The notes under the pieces were generated by a model that was not told the DNA's origin, did not search any database, and saw only the letters and a list, made by a program, of their open reading frames with translations. Source: Camelus dromedarius (taxonomy: Eukaryota). Taken from it: a stretch of DNA of 64,000 nucleotides. A program made the position numbers and the translations under genes. The stretch is taken from contig NC_087472.1 in the NCBI RefSeq assembly GCF_036321535.1, positions 101,496,001 through 101,560,000 on the forward strand, given 5' to 3'. This document shows positions 1-11,530 of this stretch, piece after piece (the stretch's first letter is position 1; each line of letters begins with the position of its first letter).

Positions 1-11
1 ATTGTCCACAA

Positions 12-140
12 CCTGGTTCAATAGAACTTTCTGCAATGATGGAAATGTCCTACACTGTCCAATATGGTAGCCACTAGCTGTAAGTTGCTGTTGAGCACTA
101 GAAATGTGACTGGAGTGGCTGAGGCCTGACTTTTAAATTT
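12..140 (+). mobile_element. MER3 (hAT-Charlie MITE), 5' part
   Basis: caatagaactttctgcaatgatggaaatg...ctgtccaatatggtagccactagc...gagcactagaaatgtg matches the MER3 consensus. Confidence 0.8.
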
Positions 141-144
141 TTTT

Positions 145-470
145 CTTAACCATTTTTAAGTGTGCAGTTCAGTGGTATTAGATACATTCATATTATAGTG
201 CAACTGTCACCACCATCCATCTCCAGAACCCTTTTCATCTTGCAAACCGAATCTCTGTCCTCATTTAACACTAACTCCCCATTCACTCTCCTTCCCTCAG
301 CCCCTGGAAACCACCCTTCTACTTTCTTTTCTCTTTCTTTCTTTTTTAATTTCCCTTCTTCCCCGCAATCCCAGCCTCTGGTAACCACCATTCTACTCTG
401 TTACTGTGAATGTGGCTTTTTTTTTTTTTTAATATTCTACGTTTAAGTGAGATCATGCAAGATTTGTCTT
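145..470 (-). mobile_element. Old L1 (L1MA/L1MB-like) 3' end inserted into MER3
   Basis: ttttaagtgtgcagttcagtggtatta...caccaccatccatctccagaac...ctggtaaccaccattctactctg...gtgagatcatgca is typical antisense L1M 3'UTR. Confidence 0.8.
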
Positions 471-534
471 TCAATTTAAAATTTTAGAAGTAAATTGCCA
501 CTTGAGGCTAGTGGCTACCATATTGGACAGCACA
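471..534 (+). mobile_element. MER3, 3' part
   Basis: gccacttgaggctagtggctaccatattggacagcacag is the MER3 terminus. Confidence 0.8.
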
Positions 535-680
535 GCTCTAGAAAGTGCTTGTTTCCCTGTGCCATTCTGCCCCTCTGCTCTTGCTTGATACGCACCTCTC
601 CTGTAATGCCCACCAGCTTTGAGTCTCTGCCTCCCTCCCAGCCCAGCGCAGCTCCTCCCTCTCTCGAAGGCCTGTAGACC

Positions 681-860
681 TGTGGTTCTCAAGCTTTAGC
701 TTGCATTAGAATCACCTGGAGGGCTTGTTAAACAACAGATTCCTGGCACCCACCCCCAGTGCCAGCCCAAGATTTTGGAGTGGGGCCCAAGATTTTGCAT
801 TTCTGACGCGTTCCCAGGTGCTGTGGTGCTGCTGGTGCTAGGATCTTTGGTTGAACATTA
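681..860. mobile_element. MER5A-like hAT MITE
   Basis: gtggttctcaa...gcattagaatcacctggagggcttgttaaa...gtggggcccaagattttgcatttctgac...ttcccaggtg. Confidence 0.8.
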
Positions 861-2479
861 TCTATCTGGGCGTAAGGACTAATTCCTGCATCTTAAAGTG
901 GTGTGGCCTGGGGTTTAGCTGCTACCTCCTGGTGTGCAGGGAGCTGTGGTTGCTGGCTCATGTCAGTTGGGAGAAGCCGCCATCCTGCTGCTGACCTGGA
1001 GACCTGGCCCTCTCTCAGTCCCAATTTTACTTGGGCCACTTTTAAGTTGGGTCACTCCCTTGGCAATTGTTCTGGAATGTATTCATTTTAATTTAGGCTT
1101 CCTTGGGAAGGGCTGGGAAGCCACGCTGGGTGAAGGAAGAGGCACAATCTCTAGGAATTGCCTAACCACCCTGGTGATGTACGGCAAGCCTGGACAGAGA
1201 GGCCCATTTATTGTCCGATCTGCTATTCTCTGCAATTAAATGGTGGCAGAAAACTTAACTAGGAAAGAAAAAAAAAGTGAAGCAGATGAAGTAGACAGAT
1301 AACGGTCCCCCTATCCTTGTATCTTCACCCTAATTAAAGTCTGTCCATTTTGGAGGGCAAAGGTCAGGTGCCCTGGGGCAGGATTGGAGGGTGTGAGTGG
1401 CCAGGGGGCCAGGAGAGGTTCCTGAAAAGGGGACTGTCATGTTGGCCACCTTGACTCTTGATGTAGCTTTCATCAGTGCTAAGAATGCTGTTCTTGTTAA
1501 AGAAAAAAAAATACACGTGTAAAGAAGTAGCTGAGGTTACTTGTGAAAGTAACAGGCTATTTTTCTTATAACTATTTGTAAAATAAAGGAATAATGTAGA
1601 ATCATTTTTTTCCTAAGTGTGCACAGATCTCTGTTTTCTCCCACAGAACCTATGACTTTTTCTTTCCTTTCTGTTTCTCCGTCTTTGTTTTGTTTTGTTT
1701 TTTGACAGCAGGAATCATATGTCTTTTTGTGTGGCTTGGTTTCAAACCAGCATTCATCCTCTTGAGCCAGGCAGCACTTCCTAAAGTTCATTTTAATCAC
1801 CATTATAACAACCCAACCCTCTGTGGCTCCTGGCAGTGTGCTCTGAGGTATTTAGATGCTGATAACATGTTTAATTAAAAAATTATAACCACACAAATAT
1901 CTCCCAGTTTGTTTCCAAAAACAAGTCTTCAGAGGCATGGACTGAAGGCCTCATTATTATAGGGATCTGTCCGCATTAATCAGTGGTGCAACATCAAGTT
2001 CTTGTGCTTTGAGTACTTCCATCTTTCCACTTAGCTCTGTGCCATCTACCCATGAGTGAGCTCGGCAAATCTGAGCACACCAGTGGGACCCCAGCCCAAG
2101 TCCCTCTTGTATTTATCACCACTGCTCATCAGGGGATGAGACCCACCTTCCTCTAGTCAATGGGCCCCACTCTCAACTCTATCTTGGATATTTAGGACAC
2201 AAAGCTCTTCATCCCCCATCTGTATGGGATGCTTCTTCCCTTTCTTCACATCTTTTGCCTGCCCCCTCTCTCTGTGATGGCCGATGCCAGATGCCCCATT
2301 CCTTTTCCCACTTTTGTGGGTGGGGTGAAGAACTCCAGGTTCTCCAAGTCCGTAATGGAGCTGAAGCACTTGGCCAGGAATTTAATTTACTTAAACAGCA
2401 CAGTAAAATTTAGAAACAGCAATTTTCATTTGCAGATGAGGAAATTGAGGTGGCAAAGGGACAATGAGCAGGAAAGGTG

Positions 2480-2790
2480 AGCGGGGCCCAGATCCTAGTG
2501 GGTCTTGTAAGCCTTGATTAAGTGCTTGGACTTTATCCTGAGCAGTTTCCCAGAAGTCAGTGGCATTATCTAGTTTACGTGTTTGGTTTTTCTCCCTAGT
2601 GGAGTATGAACTGGGGCAGGCGAAAAGGAAGACCAACAAGGCTCCATTGCTGTAATCCAGAGTGACCTATGACCTTGACCTTGAGCTGAAGCAGCATAGT
2701 GGTGGTGGATGGGGAAGCAAGTAGCTGGATTGTAGAAGTGTTTAGGAGGCCAACTCTGTGGGACTTGGTAGTGGCTGGTAGACTGAGTAA
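2480..2790 (-). mobile_element. L2 fragment
   Basis: cttgtaagcc...ggactttatcctga...ccattgctgtaatccag...gtggtggtggatggggaag resembles antisense L2. Confidence 0.55.
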
Positions 2791-3209
2791 ATTGTGACAA
2801 CACACTGGTTTCCATCGTTTAGGACCCTTGATGCACCATGAAACTGAAGGAGGGGAGAGTTGGGTACCTGGGCCCACCTTCCCTTTGCAGCCAGGGGTGG
2901 AGCAGCCCGGAGCTAGGCGAGTGGTCAGAAAACCTTGGCACTGGCCCATATAATCATCTGAGCCACCAGTTCTGAAGGGAGTGTGATGAAAGCAATGAAG
3001 GAACCAGAAAATGGGGGGAAAAAAGGAAATCTGACAGACATAGTCAACAGCCAGGAGCACCTTCAGTCAGCAGCTTTAAATACACTTTCCAAATTCATAT
3101 ACTTTAAATAGGTCAGAATTGGTAAGCAGTGGCGGACAGGAGTAATCCTGCTGGTTCAGACTTTGGCTGGGCCCAGCTGGTGGAGAGGAGTTTGGCTTGG
3201 CCTCCCACC

Positions 3210-3321
3210 TAGGTGACCAACTCTTCTGGTTGGCCTGGGATTGAGGGGGTTCCTGGGACACGGGACTTTCAGTTTTAAAACCTGGCAGTCCTGGGCAAAC
3301 TGGAACAAGTTGGTCTCCCCA
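3210..3321. mobile_element. MER81/MER94-like hAT-Blackjack MITE
   Basis: Terminal inverted repeats taggtgaccaac...gttggtctcccca; internal gggactttcagttttaaaacc...gtcctgggcaaactgg. Confidence 0.75.
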
Positions 3322-4699
3322 CCTGCCAGGGGAAGAGTTGCAACATGGACAGCTGGGCTGGTCAGGGCCAAAGCAGTGGGGACTTGGTTCAGCTTGGGGA
3401 CTTGGTATAGGGAGGCCACCACAGAGTGGACAGGGAGCTTGGGAATGGAAAAGGCAAGAACATATCCCGAGCTCCATCAGATAGCTTCTCTGGGTCTGCA
3501 TGAAATGCTTCTCTTAAAGTAGGAGCCTGAGAACTCCATTCTGTTTCTTGGAAACTCCTCCTCATATATGATCTCACCCTTCTAGGGCAGAAAGTGGGGC
3601 GGGAGTTCATCCGGACATTTCTGGTGAACATCAGGTGAATGAACAAGTTCTCTGGCACTGCTGGCATCTTAGTCTTGCAAGTCCTTAACCAGGCGTGAGA
3701 ATATTTTATACTTGTCCTGAGTGAACAGAACAGTTTCTTTACATAATGTGTTCCTGCATCCAATCATGGTTAGAAAAGACTTTATTTTTTTTAAAAGCAG
3801 CAAAATACAGACTCATTTGTAGCAGTAAACCATTCAGATCTTTTAACCATTCAGATCTTAATTTGCAAAGTGACCATGGCCTGCCATTATTCATAACTCT
3901 TTGGAAACCAAATGACATTTTTTTTTGTCTTCAAAAGCTTCCCTTCCCCACCCTGATCCCAACTATTTCTCTTGCTAAATAAGCCTCAGTAAATAAGCAG
4001 GCTACATGTTGTAAGTGGTAGGGCAGAAGAGCACTTGGAATAGGAAGCTAACAAAACAGATTTTTCCTTTGAAGGCCTGGCCTGGCACAAGGCTTCTGCT
4101 CTGTTCAGAAATGTGGAGAGAAGCGGAGGTTGAAGTGACACATTCATCTAAGGATACTAGTGACAGGAAAAGGCATCAGAGTCCATTCTTGTGATGGACA
4201 GCAGCAGCAGGAATAAGGACCAATTCCGTGCAGGGAAGTAAAAGAAAAAAAGAAAAATAGAGGAAGATGTGAAAAAGTAAGGATGAGATTCCTCAGGCCA
4301 CAAGGCTCAGATAGTGTAAGAGTGAGAAAGGCTGAAAATGGGACTTGGGTCTTGGAAAGAGCCTCCAACAATACCCTGTCTTAAAATGAGTTGGAGAGTG
4401 AAAATGAGCTTTGTCGTTTCTCGGTGCCCTTCTGGATCGCTTTATGATGAGGAGTGGATATTAGTTGTAGCTAAATTGCCTACGGTATTTCTTCCCCGAG
4501 CATAAAGGACTTGGTGGGTAAAAGCTTAAATAATAGTATCTGCATTTTTGAAAGGTTTTCTATTTCACATATACTTTAAATAGGTCAGAATTTTTAAGTA
4601 GTGGAGGATATGGTTGATTCTTTTGTTGGTAATGTTTGATTTTTAAAGCCAGCTATGTGGATGGGAGACTTAAAAATTATCCATCACAGATTTTTATTT

Positions 4700-4910
4700 T
4701 CAGATTTTTGTCTAAACTCCAAAAATATATACAGGAAAGTGCATGTATTATTAAGTGTACTGCTTGAAGAACTTTCACAAACAACACCCACGTCACCAGC
4801 ATCCCGATGGAGACAAGGACCACACCAGCCCTAAAAGCCCCTGTGCCCTCTTTATTATCCCTCACCAACAGTAACCACTATCTTCCCACAGCACAAATTA
4901 GTTTTGTTTC
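4700..4910 (-). mobile_element. Old L1M 3' fragment
   Basis: tatacaggaaagtgca...taagtgtac...ttcacaaa...cacccacgtcaccagca...gtaaccactatc...attagttttg. Confidence 0.6.
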
Positions 4911-6739
4911 ACACAAGACTTTTTCAATCAGAGCTTTGTGGATGAGTACAAAAAAAAAAAATCCTTGTAGTTTTTTTTAGGGAGGAGGGCAGAAATGGTG
5001 TAACAGTTTCCTTTCTCTGGCTGCTCTGAGTTGGGCCTGTTAAACAGGAAGTTTCTGAGCTGGGTCCGTGCTGGTGCAGGGTTTAGGGCAGTCTGGTCTC
5101 TGCTACCCAGAGCAATGCCCAGGCTGTGAGCCAGTAGCCTGCCCTTGGCGCCACCTCTACCAAAGGCAGCCCCCGAGCTTGCCTTATTTGCCTCATTAAA
5201 GCCTCTGTTGGATATTGCAGTGACACGTGTCCGGAAGCACTGGGGACAGGACAACAAAATGGCCAAAAGCCCTTGAATATATTGGCCTTCTGGAAAGGAA
5301 GGCCAGGCACCACTAAAACAGCTTACCCAACACACTCATTTTTCTCCAACTTCCAAATGAGAGTATGATTGATTAATTTCGCTTCCTCGTAGGTTTCAGT
5401 GTGCTTTCTGCCCCTTTTCTTGTTGCTGCAGGAAGCAAACAGTATGAATGCGGGAATAAAGCTATGGAACATACATCGTAATGTGTCTGGAGCGGCATCA
5501 GAAAAGGCCTTATTTGTTCTCCTGGGCTGTGTAGTGCCGAGTGATTGAATGCTCGCCAAGCTGTCAGTTTTATGAAACAAATTCCCTAATCCCCTTGGCC
5601 CAGAGCTTCGCTCAGCCTGAGATGGAAAAGAAATAACTTTTAAGAGAAAACTCACTGCTAAAATCTTAAGATAAGATTTCAGAGTTACTTCTCTCCTAAG
5701 AATAAAATGAAATATTGAAGAAAGCATTTGATGGGGGACTCTTAGGGAACCTTATTTCTCAGTTCTTGGTTAACAAACTGTGTTAATAAAAATATTTAGA
5801 CCTTTGCGATGCATAATGCATTTTTATTCCTAGTGAGCTGGCCTGTTTGTATACACAGATGTTTCCTGTGGTCCTTCTATCATGGCTTCTACTTTTTCTG
5901 AAACAATATTTCTAGCAGGAAACAGAATCTTATGTTAAGAACCTAAGCCCCTCACAGACCCTGTTAGTTCAAGTGAGGATATTTCCATTTCTAGATTTGA
6001 TATTGGTGGGGGAGGGGTGGTGGGAATCTTCTTTTATTCAAAAAACGTGGAAGAAAGAGAATGCATTGAATCCACTCTATGGAGATATTATTAGACAGTT
6101 CTTCTTTGGCTTCTAAATTAGGCCTGGCTGATTCATGCAGACACATTCGTTGCTGAAGGCTAGACGGCTCTTCAGTCTCCATTCTCACTGTCAAAGCCGC
6201 CATGAGTAATGCTTGCCCTTTCATACAAACCTTAGGTGTGTTTGACTGGGTTTTACAGATTTTCCAAAGCATTGTTCTCACAGAGCTGCAGTTTCCTTTC
6301 CAGCACCAGGAACACTGTGGCAACACAGCTTACCAGCCTAGTTTCTCTGCCACTCTTAGCAGCACATGGAAATCAATTAAAAATAAAATCCATAGGCTAG
6401 TGTACTAAGGAAGAAAATGAGGTTTTACACATCAGCACTTCTTAAAAAAAAATGAACCTGTCTTAATAGAAAAGTAGCACAATGCCCTAATGAAAAATTA
6501 AGCTTCAGGATTCAGTCCCTAATATCTCAGTGATGAGCATGTGTTTCCTCCTGCGGCTACCCCCATGAGTGAATTCTGAAATAATCAGGCAGTTTGCTGA
6601 AATAAGATATCATTCTGGTGACTGTAGCAGCGAAGCATCGCTCTGTCTGGCTGACTTGTCAGTTACTGCCTAAATGCCAGGAGAGGAAGGTTCTGGTTCT
6701 TTGGCACTTATTTTTCTTTAACATTTTAGTGAATTTGTT

Positions 6740-6900
6740 TCTCTATGATTATAAAAGTAATAATAGTTACTTATTGTAGGAAATTTACAAATATAGAAAG
6801 GCATCAAGAAGAAAATAATCCTTTGTGATCCTGCCACCCAGAGATCACCACTATCATTGTTTTTGGTTCTTGTCCTTAAAGGTCTTTTTCTCCTGTACAT
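6740..6900 (-). mobile_element. L1ME-like 3' fragment
   Basis: aaagtaata...tattgtaggaaattt...aatatagaaa...cctgccacccagagatcaccact. Confidence 0.55.
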
Positions 6901-7119
6901 ACACCTTTATGTTCTACAGTAGTTTTGAAGATATATTCCACAATTCCGAGTCTTCTTTATGCTTAAATGTATCCCCCACCCCCAAAAACTCTGTTAACAT
7001 ACATTTCTCTAATTATTAAGAATGAAAGATTATATGTTTATTACCTCTCTTGTGTGACAAAAAATTATGACCTATTTACACCCTCCTCTTTCGCTGTCCC
7101 TCCACACCCGCCCCCAGTC

Positions 7120-7215
7120 TTGTCCATGGCTGTATCCCCAGCACCTAAAACTGCAGCTGGCACCTAGCTGGCTGTTGCTTAATAAATATTGTTGAATCAA
7201 GTCAATGAATGGATG
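7120..7215 (+). mobile_element. L2 3' end
   Basis: gctgtatccccagcaccta...ctggcacctag...aataaatattgttgaat...gaatg. Confidence 0.7.
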
Positions 7216-7354
7216 GTGAGAGGTGAGCACTGACTCTTGAGGCTGACCCCTTTCTCCCTTCCTTTGCTACCTCTCCCGAGCAGTCTGTTTCAGCTGCAGG
7301 TCCCACGGCCGTCTACTGGGTCTGCTTTCCATGATCTTCCATGTCTTCCATGCT

Positions 7355-7520
7355 CAGTCTTTAGAGTCAAACAGACCAAATTCCCAGGTCTGCAGATTAC
7401 TACATAATGGAGCAAGTGTCTTAATCTCTGTGGGCCTCAGAGATGCCATCTGTAAAATGGGCAGTGATGATGCCTACCTGGCAAAATGAATGACAAGTAT
7501 GCACGATGCTTGGTGCACAG
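7355..7520 (+). mobile_element. MIR SINE
   Basis: gcaagtgtcttaatctctgtgggcctcag...catctgtaaaatggg (MIR core). Confidence 0.7.
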
Positions 7521-8552
7521 GAGGATCCAAAATCTGTAGCTCCTAGGATTGTTGCCACTTCTTCTTCCAGTGACAGCATAAATGAGAGCCCATGGGGCCC
7601 TAGAACACTGCCTTTCTCCTTGCATTTCCAGTTGTTTCATCTAATGAGCATAGGAGACCTTCTGATGAGTTACTTTATGCTTTTGTGCCAAGTAACTCTT
7701 CAGTAGCAAATAATCAAGGGACTTTTCTAATAATCTGTGCCTTCACTGATGTCACACATGCTTTCCCTGCAGCACATGTCTTGTTGCACTGTTAACTGTG
7801 GTGTCTGCCTAGCTGGCACCCTTGCTAGACGGTCAGTGGGCAGGCCTTCCATCTTGGTATCCTCAACCTGGGACCCACAGTGCTGTAACTGATGAGTCAC
7901 TCAATTTGGACTTATTGAATGAATGAATGAATAGCATTTTGTTGTACACATCTTGCCCTATCTCAACCACGCCTGTGGGCTGTCTGCAGTCTCCTGGATG
8001 ACAAAAGCAACCCAGACTGTAGAATTAGGTCTCTAGCCCTCTGAATCTATAATGTAAGCTTCTGGCAGACCGATGCATAAGTATTGGTTCTGCAAAGCAC
8101 CAGCTTACGAAAAAAATTACGTTCCCTCTTAGTTCCCATGATTAAGTCCATGGATTCACTGACTGGTGTATAAGGCTCTTTAGGAGAGAGGGTTGACAAT
8201 ATGTGCACGGTAAAGCTTGTGTCTGCAGCTTTTTCTTTGAGTTATATATGTGTTGGCATCTCTTTCACTCAGAATCTGATGAATTGGCATTTATTTTTGA
8301 CAGCATCTCAAATCTTGTGAAAGTCAGAGCTGGGGGTTGATGTTGTTTTTTAGTAATATCTCAGATGGTGGCAGGACAACCTTGATAATAAAAAAGAGAG
8401 GTTTAAGAAGATGTCACTTAGAGTTCTTCCAGAAAACAAAGTTCAAAGAAGAGCTTTGGAACTTTCTGGAACAAAGGCTTCCTTAGCATTGGCATTTTGT
8501 AGACTAGACACAAATAAACATAGTCTCTAAGGTGTGTTTCCTCATCTATTCA

Positions 8553-8971
8553 CTGTGACAACAATTGCTTCTTAGTCCCCCAAACCCGTTTTGTTCATCT
8601 TCCCAGGCATTCAACTGGACTACATTTCCCAGCTTCCCCTGCAGTTTTATGTGGCCATTTGGCTAAGTTCTGACCAATAGATTGCGAGTGGAAATGATGT
8701 GCACACCTCTAGTCCAATCATAAAAGCTTTCCAGGTTTTCCTACATGCCCTTGTCTCATCCACTGGCTGTCTGGCATAGAGCAAAGTCCCAGGGTAACCT
8801 TGGAAGATGGCAGAGCCTCCTCTGCCTGGCGAGGATCATTGTATGACCAGAAGTGCCTGACCTGGAGCCCCCACCCTAGACTGTTATGTAAACAAAAAAT
8901 AAGCTTCCATTAGTGAGCCATCGCAAGTAGGGAGCAATTTATTAAGCAGCCTATCCTACCTTAACTAAGTC
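8553..8971 (+). mobile_element. MLT1-type (ERVL-MaLR) solo LTR
   Basis: actacatttcccagcttcccctgcag...tggccatttggctaagttctgaccaatag...gtggaaatgatgtg...aaataagcttcc...gcagcctatcctaccttaactaa. Confidence 0.75.
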
Positions 8972-9227
8972 ATATTCTTTGGATGTTAAAAAAAAAAAAA
9001 GAGGAGTAGCCAACAGTTTTCAAAGGCCTTTTATTTGCCAGGAATTGTTTATGTTAATAATAATCCTTTTAGCAGCCCTGCCAAGTTAACTTCATTTTAC
9101 AGCTATAGGTACAACTCCAAGAGGGAAGAGGGTGAGAATTTTGTCCCCTTTGTTGATGGTCCCCAGGGCTGGCACAGAGGGTAGCATTGAGTGGGCTATC
9201 AATGAGGCTTGTTGATGATGGAGGAAA

Positions 9228-9330
9228 AGAAGGCTCAACGAGGTGAAGTCACATGCCCAGGGCCCACAGCTGGAAAATGTTGGACCCACTGTTTAACCCT
9301 GGTCTGCCTGGTTTCAAGGTCCAGCTACCT
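9228..9330 (-). mobile_element. MIR fragment
   Basis: gaggtgaagtcacatgcccagggcccacagctgg...tttaaccctggtctgcctggtttcaag. Confidence 0.65.
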
Positions 9331-9419
9331 CTGAGTATGTAACCAAAGACTTCAAAAAGAATGGATGAGGAGCCAGTGATGAGCCCTTAGAAAAAAGGTT
9401 TTAGTCTGTCAACTTGTAC

Positions 9420-9860
9420 TTTTGATTGGAAAAAGTAACACATATTAAAAAGTGAAAACATAGACATCAAAAACGAAGAACAGAACCACACTCTGTAATC
9501 TTACCAGAGAAAACTGGTACAATCTTGGTTTCATTCTTTAAGTTCTTAACGTATATGCCTATTCAACAAAAATTAGTTCACTTTGTGTATAGAAAGTCTA
9601 GATTCTCTCCTACCACGTGACCTTTTCACTTATTTTCCCCTTAAATAATTTCCTTGGACATCATTTCCATGTCAAGACATACCAATCTGTGTCATAGTTT
9701 ACAACGACTGGTAATAGTCTGTGATAGTTAACCAGTTCCCTCTTGGTTATCATTTAAGTTGTTTCAGTCTTTATAATACATAGGAGCTATGATCAACATG
9801 CTTGTGCATATCTCTGGGGTGGGATGAGCAGAGTTGTGAATACACCCACGGGCATGTCTC
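9420..9860 (-). mobile_element. L1ME-like fragment
   Basis: catttccatgtca...aaccagttccctcttggttatcatttaagttgtttc...gctatgatcaacatgcttgtgcatatctct. Confidence 0.55.
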
Positions 9861-10577
9861 ATTCTCCTCCACGTATGGAAACCTATCACTGCAGAAGGTC
9901 CAGATGGTCAACAGATACTGAAATGGACTCAGTGGGTTTAGTTCTTCAAGTGAAGGTAACAAAGAACAGTGGAAGAAAGGGTTTGTAGAGTCTCAGACTG
10001 TCACAGATATGCACCAAGCCTGAGACAAAGATTAGCAGTGAGGAGGCACTGGCATCCCAACTAGAGGAGGTGGCACCTTCTGGCTGTTGTTGGCTGGTTT
10101 CTCTGCCTCCTTCTGGCAACAAGGTCAGCGTTGTCTGCAAGGCCAGGGCTGACCTTGGCCCCATGGAAGACACCGTCTAGCACTAAGAAGTAAAGCAAGG
10201 CTTTCTTTCAAGGGATGGGGTGGTGGCCAGTAGGCCAGAGAGAGACGGGGGAGGAGGGTGTATAGCCGTCGCCGCAAGGTTCCTGCTGGGGCTGAAGCTG
10301 AAGGTTGCAGGACACTCATTCCTCAGGACCAGACGTAAACCTGATGTGCCTGGACAGCTTTCGGGGAAAGAAGGCCGCTCTGGGCAGATGTCTTTGTCTG
10401 TGGGCATAGCTGTGTGCGCACTGAGACGTCTCTGTCCATGAGAGATGTTCCCAGAACGGTGATCCTGATGATAATGATGATGACAGTGGCCTTGGTTGGC
10501 AGCAGGAGAAGGGAGATGATTAGCCAGACAGCCCTGGAGTGCTAAGAGCTGAACCTGTGAGAAGGGCTGCCTCCCCT

Positions 10578-10790
10578 CTGTGTATGTGTGTGTGTGTGTA
10601 ATCCCGTGTGATTTGAGCACCTGCTGTGTGTGTGGCAGGGGGTCTGTGCAGCGTGATGTGGTTGTGTATGTGAGTATGATGTGTATGTGTGATGTGTAGT
10701 GAATGTGTGATGTGTGCAGTGCTCTGGGTGTGTGTGATCGTGTGGGGTATGTGGGGGGTCCCAGTGGTCGTGTGGCAGTGTGCTGTGTCC
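10578..10790. repeat. Degenerate (TG)n-rich low-complexity tract
   Basis: tgtgtatgtgtgtgtgtgtg...gtgtatgtgagtatgatgtgtatgtgtgatgtgtagtg. Confidence 0.85.
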
Positions 10791-11079
10791 ACATATTTGA
10801 GGGGCACCGATTAAGTCCCCCGAGGCATTTGTGTGGCCTACCAAAGGCTCCACGCTGCTCACTTTGAGTTTTTCCTCCTGTCTTCCCTGTTTTCCTGTGG
10901 CAAAAATGCCAGCTCCACCCAGGAGAACCTTCTCCATATCCTTCTCTCCCTCAGGAGGCCAAGTTCTAGGGAAGCACTTAAGTTTCCACCGGTCATCACA
11001 TTACCTGACAGAGTTCGAGAGAGGGAGGCAGTGTTCTCTAGAGCTGCCTTATTTTATTCTTTTTTTACTTACTGTTCTG

Positions 11080-11530
11080 TTTTACTGTTTCATTGAGGTA
11101 CATATAACACATGCAGTGAAGCACGTGGAGTGCACTAATCTACTGTGCACACCTGTGTAGCCACCCCTCAGATCAAAACAGGACCCATTTCCAGCCCCTC
11201 ATAAACCCCCCTTGAGCCCTTTCCCAGTCAGTATCCCCCAAAAGGCAGCCAAGATTCTGACTTCTGTCTCCACAGATTTGTTTGGTCTGTTCTAGAATTT
11301 CCTGTCAGCGGCCCCACGCACAGTGCTTTTGAGACCCGGCTGCATCGCCGTGTGTGTCGGCATTTGCATCTTCTTACTGCCTTGTCAGTTCTCATTGTAT
11401 GGATGTATCACAGTTTGTTTATCCATTCTCCTGCTGACGGACAGCTGGGTGGTTTCCAGTTTGGGGCTATTGCAAATAAAGCTGCTCTGAACATTCTTGA
11501 ACATGTCTTTTGGTGGTCGTATGTAGAGCC
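11080..11530 (-). mobile_element. Old L1M (MD/ME-like) 3' fragment
   Basis: attgaggtacatataaca...cacctgtgtagccacc...cagatcaa...cattgtatggatgtatcacagtttgtttatccattctcctgctga...ttccagtttggggctatt. Confidence 0.8.

Noticed and set aside
10183..10937. His/Thr-rich minus-strand ORFs up to 203 aa
   Set aside because: They are translations of the (TG)n low-complexity tract.
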